Notes: a model not told the origin generated them from the sequence alone. Counted from the stretch's first letter, positions 1-10,999 are shown. The stretch: DNA of 64,000 bases from an uncultured Candidatus Actinomarina sp. (GCA_902555055.1 CACDQN010000001.1:167535-231534), one strand, 5' to 3'. Translations and numbers: made by a program.

Positions 1-207
1 ATCTGGAAATCAAATATAAGAAGTGGAGTACGACATTCAGAAACTATTAGTGAAAATTATAAACTATTACAGCTATTTAAAGACTTGACCACATTAAGAA
101 CAGATGTAGAAGTTCCAAAGAAGACCGGAGATTATCAAACCAAAGACATAAACATCAAAGGCTTAGAAAAGTTTTCAAATAATTTTCAACTAAATATAAA
201 TCTTTAA
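1..207 (+). CDS. 3' end of a partial CDS that enters from upstream; product unknown (by synteny possibly a dacB-like gene)
   Basis: Frame 1 is open from position 1 to a TAA at 205-207 (…GLEKFSNNFQLNINL*). No start is present in the window. Confidence 0.3.
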   Translation: MWKSNIRSGVRHSETISENYKLLQLFKDLTTLRTDVEVPKKTGDYQTKDINIKGLEKFSNNFQLNINL

Positions 208-285
208 TTTTAAATTCTAAAAATTTATGAAAAAGAAATTATTTAAAATCTTTATATTTTATGAAACTTTCACTACTCTCATGTT

Positions 286-567
286 GTGAAAAAGTTTGCA
301 TTTTTATTGGGTGTATTTTTATTAATGTCACCTGCCGTGCCCCTTTTAGCAGATGATCATAATGGAGAAGATAACTCTATCCCTGAAAATTTACCAGTGC
401 CAGCAATTATTATTGAAGAGCCGCCTGAACAAATCGAAGATGTTGCATGGACATACAAATTTTTAATTCCAACAACTGTTGCAATTGCTACTTTAGTGAT
501 ATTGGGTAATGTTATTCAATACTTTCGCCAAGTGACCCGAAAAAGATATAAGGTTATAGAAAAATAA
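286..567 (+). CDS. hypothetical small single-pass membrane or secreted protein
   Basis: N-terminal signal peptide (MKKFAFLLGVFLLMSPAVPLLA), an acidic Pro-rich segment, a C-terminal TM helix and a basic tail. Confidence 0.4.
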   Translation: MKKFAFLLGVFLLMSPAVPLLADDHNGEDNSIPENLPVPAIIIEEPPEQIEDVAWTYKFLIPTTVAIATLVILGNVIQYFRQVTRKRYKVIEK

Positions 568-582
568 TTTACTTCCCACCCA

Positions 583-1851
583 ATGGTTGATATTCAAAGT
601 AGTGTATCTGATGTTACCAGCACAAGTGATCGGTACGTTATTGCTATTAGCGGAGGAGTTGATAGTGCTGTTCTTACGCATATATTCTATGAATTAAAAC
701 TCAACTTTAGAACGGTATTCATAAATCATAATCAAAAAGGATCTGAAGAACTTAGACAATCAGCTCAGGCTTTATCCGATATTTTAAAATTAAATCATAA
801 ATGTATAGAAACAGACATAGAAATAGACTCTTCAGAAACATTAATGAGAGAGGCTAGGTATGAAGCTTTAAATAATGATATTAATGAAAAAGAAATCCTC
901 GTTACAGCACATCATAGAGATGACAAAATTGAAACATTTTTTATAAATTTATTACGAGGGACTAGATTAAAAGGATTAACTTCAATAGCATTGAAAAGTA
1001 ACAACATTATTAGGCCCATGATTAATATTTCGAAATCACAAATAATGAAATATGCGAAAGAAAATGATATATATTTTCGAAATGATGTTTCAAATTTTGA
1101 CAATAGTATTTTAAGAAATTGGATAAGAAATGAACTAATTCCTGAAGTTGAAAATAGATTTCCAGGAAATTTAAACAACAAAATAACAGACCTAATTTTA
1201 GAAATAGAAGAAAAAACTAAGGAAGATACGGAGATAAAAAAATATATAAAGTATGCCCCAGGGTATTTTGAGATACCTTCCTGTTTGCTAAAGCACAAAA
1301 GTTCTAAAACTAATTATTTACTATCGATTATTTCTCAACTTGTTGGACAATCTGGACTTCAAACATCTGATATTAAAAATATGTTCAAAGCCCTATCCTC
1401 TGGTAAGCAAGTCAGCTATTTTGAAAACTGGATTGTTAGTCAACAGTTGGGTCTTTTAATTTTTGTAAATAAAGAAGAGTGGAAATTTAAACAGAATACA
1501 AATTCATTTGGATATTTCAAATTCGTGACTACCGAGTATAGTGAGAGACGTAATAACTGGTCACTTGCTTTACAAAATATTTCTAATGATCAAATAAGTT
1601 TTGAGTCAGTCTCACCTGGAGATTTCATAATTTTAGATAATAAAAAACAAAAAGTTTCAGAAGTGTTGAGGTCTTCTGGCATTCAAGATGCTCTAAGAGA
1701 GGTTTGGCCATTAGTAAAGAAAGATGATGAAGTCATTTGGATTCCAGGGTTAAGAAAGAGTGACAATGTAAAAGTAAAAGAGTTTGAATCTACTAAAAAT
1801 ATAAATATAATTACAGCTTCAATAGAAAAGAGTACAGTTGGAAATTTCTAA
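583..1851 (+). CDS. tilS: tRNA(Ile)-lysidine synthetase
   Basis: PP-loop motif IAISGGVDS near the N-terminus. Length about 420 aa. It lies upstream of hpt and ftsH as in other Actinobacteria. Confidence 0.85.
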   Translation: MVDIQSSVSDVTSTSDRYVIAISGGVDSAVLTHIFYELKLNFRTVFINHNQKGSEELRQSAQALSDILKLNHKCIETDIEIDSSETLMREARYEALNNDINEKEILVTAHHRDDKIETFFINLLRGTRLKGLTSIALKSNNIIRPMINISKSQIMKYAKENDIYFRNDVSNFDNSILRNWIRNELIPEVENRFPGNLNNKITDLILEIEEKTKEDTEIKKYIKYAPGYFEIPSCLLKHKSSKTNYLLSIISQLVGQSGLQTSDIKNMFKALSSGKQVSYFENWIVSQQLGLLIFVNKEEWKFKQNTNSFGYFKFVTTEYSERRNNWSLALQNISNDQISFESVSPGDFIILDNKKQKVSEVLRSSGIQDALREVWPLVKKDDEVIWIPGLRKSDNVKVKEFESTKNINIITASIEKSTVGNF

Positions 1852-2350
1852 AGTTTTAATTTCTCAAGAGGAGATAGAAAATAAAGTATCTGAATTAGCA
1901 AATGAAATTAACTCTAAATATAAAGGAGAAGAGCTTGTTGTAATTGGCATATTGAAAGGTGCTTTTATTGTCGTAAGTGACCTAGCAAAGCAACTTGATC
2001 TTGACGTAACTTTTGATTTTATGAGTATCAAATCTTATTATGGCTCAGAGTCAACGGGACAAGTCAAAATTGTAAAAGACTTAGAGTATGACATTACAGA
2101 CAAGAATGTACTGATTGTTGAAGATATCTACGACACCGGTCTTACTCTTTCAAATTTAAAAAAACTACTCGAATCAAGAAACCCAAAAAGTATTGAAGTT
2201 TTTTCCATGTTCGTAAAAAAAGAAGTTGCACAAGATCCAATTGAAATTAATTACAGCGGATTCGAAATTGGACCTGAGTTTGTTGTGGGGTATGGACTTG
2301 ATTACAACGGCAAATACAGAGAGCTCCCTTATTTAGCAGTTTTGGCATAA
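1838..2350 (+). CDS. hpt: hypoxanthine-guanine phosphoribosyltransferase
   Basis: PRPP-binding motif VLIVEDIYDTGLTL; 170 aa. TTG start overlaps the tilS end by 14 nt. Confidence 0.88.
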   Translation: MEISKVLISQEEIENKVSELANEINSKYKGEELVVIGILKGAFIVVSDLAKQLDLDVTFDFMSIKSYYGSESTGQVKIVKDLEYDITDKNVLIVEDIYDTGLTLSNLKKLLESRNPKSIEVFSMFVKKEVAQDPIEINYSGFEIGPEFVVGYGLDYNGKYRELPYLAVLA

Positions 2351-2393
2351 ATCTCTATATTGCTTTTAAACCCAACAGTATTAAATTAAGAAG

Positions 2394-4256
2394 ATGGAAA
2401 AGAAACAAGAAAATAAAAAAAGTAACAATAAGTCTATCTTCCTCTATGTTGGCTTAGGCCTATTAATATTTTTTGGCGTTCAGCAATATAACGCATCTGT
2501 AAATGCACCTGAAAGTAAATCATTTACAGTTTTTAAAAATGATATACAGTCAGGCTCCGTTGCAGAAGCAACAATAAAAGAACAATCTAATCTCGTTGAA
2601 TTTAAATTGTTTAACGATGATAAGGTTTACCAAACTGAATATCCAGAAGGTTTTGAGGGAGAGGTATTTCAAATTCTTGTAGATCAAGATATAGTTCTTA
2701 ATACAGATACTGAACCAGCAGGATTTCAAGATTATTTGTTTGCTTTTCTTCCTTGGTTGTTTCTTGCAGCGTTTATGTTTTATATGTTTTCTCAAGTAAG
2801 GTCAAATGGAAATCAAATTATGCAGTTTGGTAAATCAAAAGCCAAAGAGCTAGATGAAGAATCTCCAAAGGTAACATTTACTGACGTCGCAGGTGTTGAA
2901 GAAGCAAAAGAGGAACTTGAGGAAATTAAAGAGTTTTTAAAATCACCTGAAAAATTTAATAAACTTGGAGCAAAAATACCAAAGGGAGTACTTTTAGTTG
3001 GTCCACCCGGAACTGGCAAAACACTTCTTGCAAAAGCAGTAGCAGGAGAAGCAGAGGTACCTTTTTATAGTATTTCTGGTTCTGACTTCGTTGAAATGTT
3101 TGTTGGAGTAGGAGCCAGTAGGGTTCGTGATTTATTTAAAAAAGCTAAAGAGAATTCCCCTGCAATAATTTTTATTGACGAGATCGATGCAGTTGGAAGA
3201 ATGAGAGGAGCTGGGCTGGGTGGTGGACATGATGAAAGAGAACAAACTTTAAATCAACTGCTTGTAGAAATGGATGGTTTTGAAGCAAACCAAGGTGTTA
3301 TATTAATGGCTGCAACAAATAGACCAGACGTACTAGATCCTGCATTATTACGACCAGGACGATTTGATAGACAAGTAATTGTTGGTAGACCTGATTTATC
3401 TGGAAGAACTCAAATTTTAAAAGTTCATGCAAAGGATAAACCCTTAGCTAAGAATGTAAGTTTTGAAACTTTAGCTAAGCAGACACCTGGGTTTACAGGT
3501 GCAGATTTAGCTAACCTGTTAAACGAAGCTGCACTTTTGGCAGCTAGAAAAGATAAAAAAACTATTGGAAATGTCGATATTGAAAACTCTATTGACAGAG
3601 TTATGGCAGGTCCAGAAAAGAAGAGTCAAGTTATGACTGAAGAAGAAAAGAAGATAATTGCTTATCATGAAACTGGACACGCTCTTGTTGGCTGGGCACT
3701 TCCTAATGCAGATCCTATTCATAAAGTTACCATAATTCCTAGAGGTAGAGCCTTGGGTTATACTCAAGCACTGCCGGATAGAGAAAAATACCTATCCTCA
3801 AAAGCAGAATTAAAAGACAGATTAGCAATGTTAATGGGAGGGAGGGTTGCAGAAGAGTTAATATTTGCAGATCCTACAACTGGTGCATCAAATGATATTG
3901 AAAAAGCAACTGATATTGCTAGAAGAATGGTAATGGAGTTTGGTATGAGTGATAAATTAGGTCCAATGTTGTATGGTAAAGGCTCAAATGAAGTTTTTCT
4001 AGGTAGAGACTACGGAAGACAGCAAGATTATTCTGATGAAGTCGCTTCTTCAATAGATGAAGAAGTACGTAATCTTTTAAATGATGCTCATGTTATTGCA
4101 GGTAAAATATTAAAAAAATTTAAAAAACAAATGGACGCAATGGTAAAACAGCTCATGGAAAAAGAAACACTGAATAAGGACGAGGTCGCAGATGTTTTCA
4201 AAAGCATTAAAAAAGTAAAAATTTCAGGAACAGGTAAAAGCTTAAAATTAGCCTAA
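2394..4256 (+). CDS. ftsH: ATP-dependent zinc metalloprotease FtsH
   Basis: N-terminal TM segments, Walker [12 protein letters not shown] box, and the HETGHA zinc-binding motif. Confidence 0.95.
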   Translation: MEKKQENKKSNNKSIFLYVGLGLLIFFGVQQYNASVNAPESKSFTVFKNDIQSGSVAEATIKEQSNLVEFKLFNDDKVYQTEYPEGFEGEVFQILVDQDIVLNTDTEPAGFQDYLFAFLPWLFLAAFMFYMFSQVRSNGNQIMQFGKSKAKELDEESPKVTFTDVAGVEEAKEELEEIKEFLKSPEKFNKLGAKIPKGVLLVGPPGTGKTLLAKAVAGEAEVPFYSISGSDFVEMFVGVGASRVRDLFKKAKENSPAIIFIDEIDAVGRMRGAGLGGGHDEREQTLNQLLVEMDGFEANQGVILMAATNRPDVLDPALLRPGRFDRQVIVGRPDLSGRTQILKVHAKDKPLAKNVSFETLAKQTPGFTGADLANLLNEAALLAARKDKKTIGNVDIENSIDRVMAGPEKKSQVMTEEEKKIIAYHETGHALVGWALPNADPIHKVTIIPRGRALGYTQALPDREKYLSSKAELKDRLAMLMGGRVAEELIFADPTTGASNDIEKATDIARRMVMEFGMSDKLGPMLYGKGSNEVFLGRDYGRQQDYSDEVASSIDEEVRNLLNDAHVIAGKILKKFKKQMDAMVKQLMEKETLNKDEVADVFKSIKKVKISGTGKSLKLA

Positions 4257-4816
4257 TGGATTATAGTAATCAAATTAAAGTTGACATTGAGAATGCGCTT
4301 GCAGAGTTTATTAAACATAAAACTAATAAGAGTGAAGACGAAGTTGTAAATTTATCTAAAAAATTTCTAAGTCAACTCGATGAAAAACTATCTAACAAAA
4401 CATCTACTAAAGAAATATTTAAACATTTACAAGAAGTAGAACATGATCAACCTATTTATTTAAATGGAATTAATTTTGTCAGCTTATGTGAACACCATTT
4501 ACTTCCTTTTTTTGGCACTGTAGACATAGCTCTGTATCCTCAGAAAAAAATTGCTGGGATATCTCGATTTGATGATTTAGTTCGTTATCTTTCTGACAAC
4601 TTAACACTTCAGGAAACGCTAACTAAAAACATCGCAACCGAAATAGATGAGATTCTGAATCCTAGAGGAGTGTTCGTAAGAACTAATGCTAACCATTCGT
4701 GCTCTGGTTTATTAAATATCGGAGATTCATTTACGGATGTGGTTACTACATTTGCAACGGGTATTTACGAAATAGACCATACCTTGAGAAATGAAGCTCT
4801 CTTAAACTTTAAATAG
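4256..4816 (+). CDS. folE: GTP cyclohydrolase I
   Basis: CEHHLLPF motif; 186 aa. Start overlaps the ftsH stop (TAATGG). Confidence 0.9.
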   Translation: MDYSNQIKVDIENALAEFIKHKTNKSEDEVVNLSKKFLSQLDEKLSNKTSTKEIFKHLQEVEHDQPIYLNGINFVSLCEHHLLPFFGTVDIALYPQKKIAGISRFDDLVRYLSDNLTLQETLTKNIATEIDEILNPRGVFVRTNANHSCSGLLNIGDSFTDVVTTFATGIYEIDHTLRNEALLNFK

Positions 4817-4826
4817 ATAATTAATT

Positions 4827-5567
4827 TTGGAATTAGATAAAACTTTTCTTCATAATTCCAAAAATATTTTAGGAATTGTAAATATTACTCCAGATTCATT
4901 TTCAGGAGATGGCCTCTTTAAAAAAGAAAATAACTTAAGTAAATTATTAGATTTTGCTGAAAGAAATAATATTAACAATTTAGATATTGGCTGTGCCTCT
5001 TCAAAGCCAGGATATGAAAATATTTCTACACAAGAAGAATTAAAAAGGCTTAATTATTTTTTAAGTAATGTGAATGGCAACTTTTCATTATCAATTGATA
5101 CATCTAATCCTATCGTTGCTGAACTAGCACTCAAAAATAATTTTAAAATTTTAAATGATATCAACGGATTCCACGACGAAGAGTTAATTACAAAAGCAAT
5201 TGAATATCAATGTAATGTAATAATTGTACATAGACATCCTGAGTCAAAACACCTGCATGAGAAGATGAATTTTAGAAACAATGTTAAAGAAGTCTTAGAA
5301 CATTTAGAACAAAAGGTAACCCAATTAATCGATAAGGGTATTAATAAACAAAGTATTTTTATTGATCCAGGATTGGGTTTTGGAAAATTCGAACAAGATT
5401 CAGTTGATTTATTAATGAATATTGAGGATTTAGTTGATGAGATACCTGTAGTTGTTGGATATTCAAGAAAAAAATTTATTCAAAAAACAGAAATGAATAA
5501 TAAAGAAATATTTGAACACTGTATTAATTCAGGTGTTGCGTTCGTAAGATTGCATCTTACAAATTAG
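4827..5567 (+). CDS. folP: dihydropteroate synthase
   Basis: N-terminal ILGIVNITPDSFSGDG pterin-binding motif. TTG start. Confidence 0.85.
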   Translation: MELDKTFLHNSKNILGIVNITPDSFSGDGLFKKENNLSKLLDFAERNNINNLDIGCASSKPGYENISTQEELKRLNYFLSNVNGNFSLSIDTSNPIVAELALKNNFKILNDINGFHDEELITKAIEYQCNVIIVHRHPESKHLHEKMNFRNNVKEVLEHLEQKVTQLIDKGINKQSIFIDPGLGFGKFEQDSVDLLMNIEDLVDEIPVVVGYSRKKFIQKTEMNNKEIFEHCINSGVAFVRLHLTN

Positions 5568-5606
5568 TAATTAGTGTAAGATACTAATAGCTTATGGAAA
5601 GGAACT

Positions 5607-6077
5607 ATGGCAGGTTTAAAACCAAATGACTTTCATTGGATTATAGAGGGAAAACTAGCTGTTTCTGAATGTATAGGTGGTGGTGGCCTAACTCCTCGTA
5701 AAATTAGACGAGAAGAAGAAATTCAGTGGATTAAAAGTCAAGGAATCAATGCTATATTTTCACTTCTAGATACTGACTTTAATTTAAAAAACTATCAAGA
5801 AGTTGGGTTTAGAACATACCACTATCCCTTAAGTGAAGATGTACCTACAGAATCTCTGAATATAATTTTTGAAGCTATTAAAGAAGCTCTTTCAGACAAA
5901 GAAAGAAAACTACTAATACATAGAGAGTATTTAGATGAAGAAGTACCTGGAATTCTTGCAGGATATTTAATATATTCAAAACTTTTAGATGATCCAATAC
6001 TTTCTAGAACTATTCTAGAAAAAATACTAGAGAAACCTTTATCACCAAAAGCAATAGCATTAATTCCAGCTGTTTAA
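5607..6077 (+). CDS. dual-specificity/PTP-fold protein lacking the catalytic CX5R loop (putative pseudo-phosphatase), inserted in the fol operon
   Basis: Good SD (AAGGAA) before the ATG. The architecture resembles small archaeal/bacterial PTPs (HWIIEGKLAVSE … YHYPLSEDVP … LLIH-REYLDEEVPG-ILAGYLIY). Arg and acidic residues sit where HCxxGxxR(S/T) is expected. Confidence 0.5.
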   Translation: MAGLKPNDFHWIIEGKLAVSECIGGGGLTPRKIRREEEIQWIKSQGINAIFSLLDTDFNLKNYQEVGFRTYHYPLSEDVPTESLNIIFEAIKEALSDKERKLLIHREYLDEEVPGILAGYLIYSKLLDDPILSRTILEKILEKPLSPKAIALIPAV

Positions 6078-6080
6078 CTT

Positions 6081-6452
6081 ATGTCTTTTGACATAAATAT
6101 CACCGGTATTGAAGCATTTGGCAAACACGGTATCTATCAAAGTGAAAAAAATAATGAACAAAAATTTTTAATAGACATTTTTATTACACTTGAAAAACTC
6201 AGTGATGACAATATTGACAATACCATTAATTATGAGAATCTAGTCGATGATTCAATTGCATTAGTTCAAAATGAATCTTTTGATTTAATAGAAACTTTAT
6301 CTCAGAAAATTGGACAATATATTATTGAAAAATATTCAAATTTAGAATCTTTCAGTTTGAAATATGTAGAAATTACTATTCATAAACCTGAAACCCCTCT
6401 AAGTAATAGAACAGAAAATATTTCTGTAACTTATCATGAACAACTTAAGTAG
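6081..6452 (+). CDS. folB: 7,8-dihydroneopterin aldolase
   Basis: About 120 aa with a GIEAFGKHGIYQSEK-type motif. Sits in the fol operon. Confidence 0.85.
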   Translation: MSFDINITGIEAFGKHGIYQSEKNNEQKFLIDIFITLEKLSDDNIDNTINYENLVDDSIALVQNESFDLIETLSQKIGQYIIEKYSNLESFSLKYVEITIHKPETPLSNRTENISVTYHEQLK

Positions 6453-6909
6453 TATCTATCTTTCTCTTGGCTCCAACATAGGAAATAGAGAAAATAATTT
6501 GAAATTAGCCTTAAAAGAATTATCAGAAATTTTAAGAATTAAAAAAATATCTTCAATTTATGAAACCGAACCTCTTTTATATCAAAAGCAAGATAATTTT
6601 CTTAATATAGTCGTTGAGGTTTCTTATTTCGACGAGGCTGAAAGCCTTCTGAAAAATATAAAAGCTATAGAGAAAAAAATGGGAAGGGAAGCAACCCTTA
6701 GATTTGGTCCAAGAATTATAGATATTGATATTATATTTTTTAATGAACAAGAAATAAATGACGAAAGCCTTACTATTCCTCATAAAGAATGGAAAAACAG
6801 ACTGTTTGTTATTGCTCCGCTTTACGAAGTTTTAGATAGGAAAATTGAGGAAAGTAAATTTAATATTTCTAATCAAAAAGTTATCAGGATAGGTAGTATA
6901 AAAATATAA
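6436..6909 (+). CDS. folK: 2-amino-4-hydroxy-6-hydroxymethyldihydropteridine pyrophosphokinase (HPPK)
   Basis: IYLSLGSNIGNRENNL and GPRIIDIDIIFF motifs. Confidence 0.9.
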   Translation: MNNLSSIYLSLGSNIGNRENNLKLALKELSEILRIKKISSIYETEPLLYQKQDNFLNIVVEVSYFDEAESLLKNIKAIEKKMGREATLRFGPRIIDIDIIFFNEQEINDESLTIPHKEWKNRLFVIAPLYEVLDRKIEESKFNISNQKVIRIGSIKI

Positions 6910-6936
6910 TTACGGGCACCAAAACTAGGGCACGAT

Positions 6937-7758
6937 ATGACAAAAATTATTCATGAAATAAATAAAGATATATATTCAGAAGATACATGTTTCATCCCCA
7001 CAATGGGTTCTTTGCACAATGGACACATTTCTCTAATTGAGCATGCAAAATATACTTCTCACTCAAAAACTATTGTTTCAATATTTGTCAACAGAAAGCA
7101 ATTTAACGACAGTCAAGATTTTCACAACTATCCAATTGACATTGAAAAAGATATAAAATTACTTGAAAAGTCTGATGTTGATTATGTATTTATACCAGAC
7201 GAAAGTTATATATACCCCAATACGAGCATCAGAGAAATAAATGCTGGCCCGATTGGAATTCAATATGAAGGAAAATTTAGAGAAGGACATTTTGATGGTG
7301 TTCTTACAGTTGTAAATAGATTATTTGAATTGGTTAACCCCTCAGCAGCAGTATTTGGAAAGAAAGATGCTCAACAACTTTTTTTAATCAAAGAAATGAT
7401 TAAAAAATTTAAAATGAATATACAAATATATGAAGGAAAGTTAATACGAGAGAAAAGCGGACTAGCCATGAGTAGTCGAAATTTACTTTTAACTGACGAA
7501 GCAAAAGAGAATGCCTCAAATATATATAAAGTACTTTTAAACACAAAAAACTTTTATCAGGACTGTAATTCAATTTCACAATCCATTAGCTATGGAAAAT
7601 CTTTATTTGGAAAGTTAGGGATTAAATTTGATTATTTGGATGCTGTAGATGTTAATTCATTTATAGCTCCAGATAAAAATTCAGAGAAATTATTGTTAAT
7701 TACTGCAGGTTATATTGAAAATATAAGATTAATTGATAATTTAGAAATTTTAAAATGA
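6937..7758 (+). CDS. panC: pantoate--beta-alanine ligase
   Basis: IPTMGSLHNGHISLI (HIGH-like) motif; 273 aa. Confidence 0.9.
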   Translation: MTKIIHEINKDIYSEDTCFIPTMGSLHNGHISLIEHAKYTSHSKTIVSIFVNRKQFNDSQDFHNYPIDIEKDIKLLEKSDVDYVFIPDESYIYPNTSIREINAGPIGIQYEGKFREGHFDGVLTVVNRLFELVNPSAAVFGKKDAQQLFLIKEMIKKFKMNIQIYEGKLIREKSGLAMSSRNLLLTDEAKENASNIYKVLLNTKNFYQDCNSISQSISYGKSLFGKLGIKFDYLDAVDVNSFIAPDKNSEKLLLITAGYIENIRLIDNLEILK

Positions 7759-8522
7759 GTAACATAATTGCGATTGACATAGGCAATACAGAAACAACTG
7801 TAGGTATAGGTGCTAATGGGGCTTGGGACTCTTATAGGTTTACAACAAGAGATACAAATACTTCAGATGAGCTTCTTTCTCTATTTAATTCAACTTTTCA
7901 GATGACTGAAGAGATGAAAAAAAATTTAAGAGGATCAATTATTTGTTCTGTTGTTCCTCAAATTACAACAAATGTAAGTCAAGCAATTAAAAAATACGCA
8001 AATGTTGACTCGTTAATTGTTGGCCCGGGGGTAAAAACAGGACTCAAAGTCAATATTGATAATCCAAAAGAACTAGGACCAGACAGAATTGCTAATTCTG
8101 TTGCGGGTTTTATAAAAACTTCTGATAACGTTATTGTTATTGATCTTGGGACTGCAACAACATTTGACATAGTAAATAAAAATAAAGAATATCTTGGTGG
8201 CTCTATTGCTCCTGGAATTAAAATTAGTTTAGAAGCACTAACTTCCAAAACCGCTTCTTTAAAGTCAGTAGAACTTGACCTTCCAAAAAATGTAATTGGT
8301 AAGAATACATATGAAGCTATACAAAGTGGATTAATACTGGGCCATGCTTCAATGATTGATTCAATGATTGAAAAGATTCTCTTAGAAATTGGTGTAAATC
8401 CAAAAATTATAATAACAGGTGGCTTAAGCAGTATTGTCCATCCAGCTTTAAATATTAATTGTGAATTTATTGAAAATTTAACATTAATTGGTCTTGAAGA
8501 AATATTTAATTTAAATAATTAG
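7755..8522 (+). CDS. coaX: type III pantothenate kinase
   Basis: IIAIDIGNTETTVGI ASKHA-fold N-terminus. ATGA overlap with panC. Confidence 0.9.
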   Translation: MSNIIAIDIGNTETTVGIGANGAWDSYRFTTRDTNTSDELLSLFNSTFQMTEEMKKNLRGSIICSVVPQITTNVSQAIKKYANVDSLIVGPGVKTGLKVNIDNPKELGPDRIANSVAGFIKTSDNVIVIDLGTATTFDIVNKNKEYLGGSIAPGIKISLEALTSKTASLKSVELDLPKNVIGKNTYEAIQSGLILGHASMIDSMIEKILLEIGVNPKIIITGGLSSIVHPALNINCEFIENLTLIGLEEIFNLNN

Positions 8523-8531
8523 GCTGTTAGT

Positions 8532-10019
8532 GTGAGTGAATTATCAAAATCTGAAAATGAAATCTACTCTCTAAGAAAAGAGAAAGAAGAGAATATTAAA
8601 TCTAGTAATCTCGAATCATTTACAACTAGTTTTAAAAATTCGACCAACATAAATTTGCTTCATCAAAATCACAGCAATATTGAGGATGGTGCTAAAACGG
8701 ATATAAGCGTATCTGTTAGAGGCAGAATATTAGGTATTAGATCTTTTGGTAAATTAACTTTTCTTGACCTATCTGATGAAACTGGAAAAATTCAACTCGT
8801 ATCTACTAAAGGACTATTGAGTGAGGAGCTACAAGAATATTTATCAAATATTGATGTTGGAGATATTGCTGGTGCATCAGGAAATGTTATGAAAACTAAA
8901 AAGGGAGAACTCTCAATTGAATTAAAAAATTTTGTTCTTTTGACAAAATCCTTTAGAAACTTTCCAGAGAAATGGCATGGATTAAAAGATAAAGAAACTA
9001 GATTCAGACAAAGATATTTAGATTTTGTAGTTAATGATAGTGCTAGAAATTCTATTAAAACTAGGTTTAAAGTTTTACAATTAATTAGAATTTTTATGAC
9101 ATCTGAAAACTTTTTAGAGGTTGAGACTCCCACATTACAACCTAAGGCAGGAGGTGCAATTGCACGACCTTTCTTGACCCACCACAATGCTATGGGTATT
9201 GATATGTATTTAAGAATTGCTCCAGAGTTATATTTAAAACGACTCGTTATTGGAGGTTTTGAAAAAGTATTTGAATTAGGAAAAGTATTTAGAAATGAGG
9301 GTATTGATCTAACACATTCTCCAGAATTTACGATGATGGAGAGTTACGAAGCTTACACAGATGTCAATGGGGTAATGAATATGGTTGAAAATATGTGTAA
9401 GTATATAATTGAAAATTTAGATAGTGGATACGAAGTAAAATATGCTGGGAAAACAGCTGATTTTAATTTTCCTTGGGAAAGAAAAAGCATGTTTGAGCTA
9501 GTCAGTAAAAAGTTTAGTGTTGAAATATCTCATGATTCTAATCTCGATGATATAAAGACAAAATTTGAAGAGACACACAACATAACTACTGAATCTAAAA
9601 CTATTGGTGAGTTTGTATTTGAATTATTTGAAAATCATATCGAACATGAAATACTAAACCCTCTTTTTGTTACAGACTATCCTAAAGAGGTTTCTCCTTT
9701 TGCTAGGGAAAATAAAGAAAAGCAAGGTATAACTGAGAGGTTTGAGTTATTTGCTTTTGGAAGTGAGTTAGCTAATGGGTTCTCTGAACTTATTGACCCA
9801 AGGGACCAAGAAGAGAGGCTAAAAACCCAAGCTCTTAAAAAGGCAGAAGGGGATGAAGAAGCTCATGTGCAAGATGAAGACTATATAGAAGCTCTAGAAT
9901 ACGGACTTCCACCAACTGGAGGATTGGGATTTGGTGTTGACCGTTTTGTTATGATGCTTACTAATAATGAATCAATTAGGGAAGTTATAGCTTTTCCACA
10001 CATTAAACCTGAGAATTAA
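8532..10019 (+). CDS. lysS: lysine--tRNA ligase (class II)
   Basis: OB-fold anticodon-binding region followed by class II motifs (FRNEGID, GGLGFGVDR); 495 aa. GTG start. Confidence 0.93.
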   Translation: MSELSKSENEIYSLRKEKEENIKSSNLESFTTSFKNSTNINLLHQNHSNIEDGAKTDISVSVRGRILGIRSFGKLTFLDLSDETGKIQLVSTKGLLSEELQEYLSNIDVGDIAGASGNVMKTKKGELSIELKNFVLLTKSFRNFPEKWHGLKDKETRFRQRYLDFVVNDSARNSIKTRFKVLQLIRIFMTSENFLEVETPTLQPKAGGAIARPFLTHHNAMGIDMYLRIAPELYLKRLVIGGFEKVFELGKVFRNEGIDLTHSPEFTMMESYEAYTDVNGVMNMVENMCKYIIENLDSGYEVKYAGKTADFNFPWERKSMFELVSKKFSVEISHDSNLDDIKTKFEETHNITTESKTIGEFVFELFENHIEHEILNPLFVTDYPKEVSPFARENKEKQGITERFELFAFGSELANGFSELIDPRDQEERLKTQALKKAEGDEEAHVQDEDYIEALEYGLPPTGGLGFGVDRFVMMLTNNESIREVIAFPHIKPEN

Positions 10020-10999
10020 GAAGTTCTGTTAATTAGGTAATTGTTTATATTTTCTAAAGTAGGAAACAGGTCATGATTTTTAAGATTGTAAATCGATTCA
10101 ACACTTTTATTGTGGTAACTATAAATTAAATCTTTTGATTTTTCAATAATGTTATCATTTAAAAATTCATTTAATAAAGATTCAATGTTGCTTTTACTTT
10201 CGTGAACAGAATTAATTATTTCTTGATATTTACCCTTATCTGATTCTAGGGCAATAAGAACTGGCAAAGTATACGTTCCTTCGATGATGTCATTACCAGT
10301 AGGCTTTCCAAGGGTTTCTGAGTCAGAAACGAGGTCTAATATGTCATCGGAGATTTGAAATATAATTCCGCAGCTCCATCCCCAATTACTTATCGCATCT
10401 ACAATTTCATGATCAGCATTACTAGCAAGTGCTCCAAGTCTTGCACTTGTTCTGATGAGACTAGCAGTTTTCCCCTCAATTACTTTTAGGTAATCTTCTA
10501 TTGAGTGGTCCATATCAAAAGCTAAATTTAATTCTTTAGTTTGACCTTCGACAAGTTCAGCATAAGTTGACGCAAGTAGTTTTACCGACTCTAAACCTAA
10601 TTCCTCAGCAGCGAGTTCAGAAGATCTTGCTAAAAGATAGTCTCCAGCAAGTATTGATAGAGTTGAATTCCATTTTGAATTAGTGCTTTCAACACCCCTT
10701 CTAGTAGTAGCATTATCCATTACATCATCGTGATACAAGCTTCCAATATGAATAAGTTCCACAGCTACTCCAGCATCAATTATTTTCTTTATATTTTTTT
10801 TCTCATCGCCAAATTTTCCAGAAAGAAGTGAAATAATTGGCCTAAATCTTTTTCCTCCAGCTGTAATTAAATATTGGGAAATAGAAGATAAATATTCATT
10901 TTCTGAACTTGAAACTTGTAAAAGCCTACTTTCTAGGCTATTTAAGTTATCCCACAGATCATCATATGGGATAATTTTTTTAATTTCATTACTTTCCAT
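10016..10999 (-). CDS. polyprenyl diphosphate synthase (trans-isoprenyl diphosphate synthase family)
   Basis: Two Asp-rich motifs, LYHDDVMD and FQISDDILD. Confidence 0.85.
   Translation of the reverse strand: MESNEIKKIIPYDDLWDNLNSLESRLLQVSSSENEYLSSISQYLITAGGKRFRPIISLLSGKFGDEKKNIKKIIDAGVAVELIHIGSLYHDDVMDNATTRRGVESTNSKWNSTLSILAGDYLLARSSELAAEELGLESVKLLASTYAELVEGQTKELNLAFDMDHSIEDYLKVIEGKTASLIRTSARLGALASNADHEIVDAISNWGWSCGIIFQISDDILDLVSDSETLGKPTGNDIIEGTYTLPVLIALESDKGKYQEIINSVHESKSNIESLLNEFLNDNIIEKSKDLIYSYHNKSVESIYNLKNHDLFPTLENINNYLINRTS

Noticed and set aside
2550-3767. several 60-80-aa minus-strand ORFs inside ftsH
   Set aside because: They are inside the FtsH CDS, low-complexity, and show no signals.
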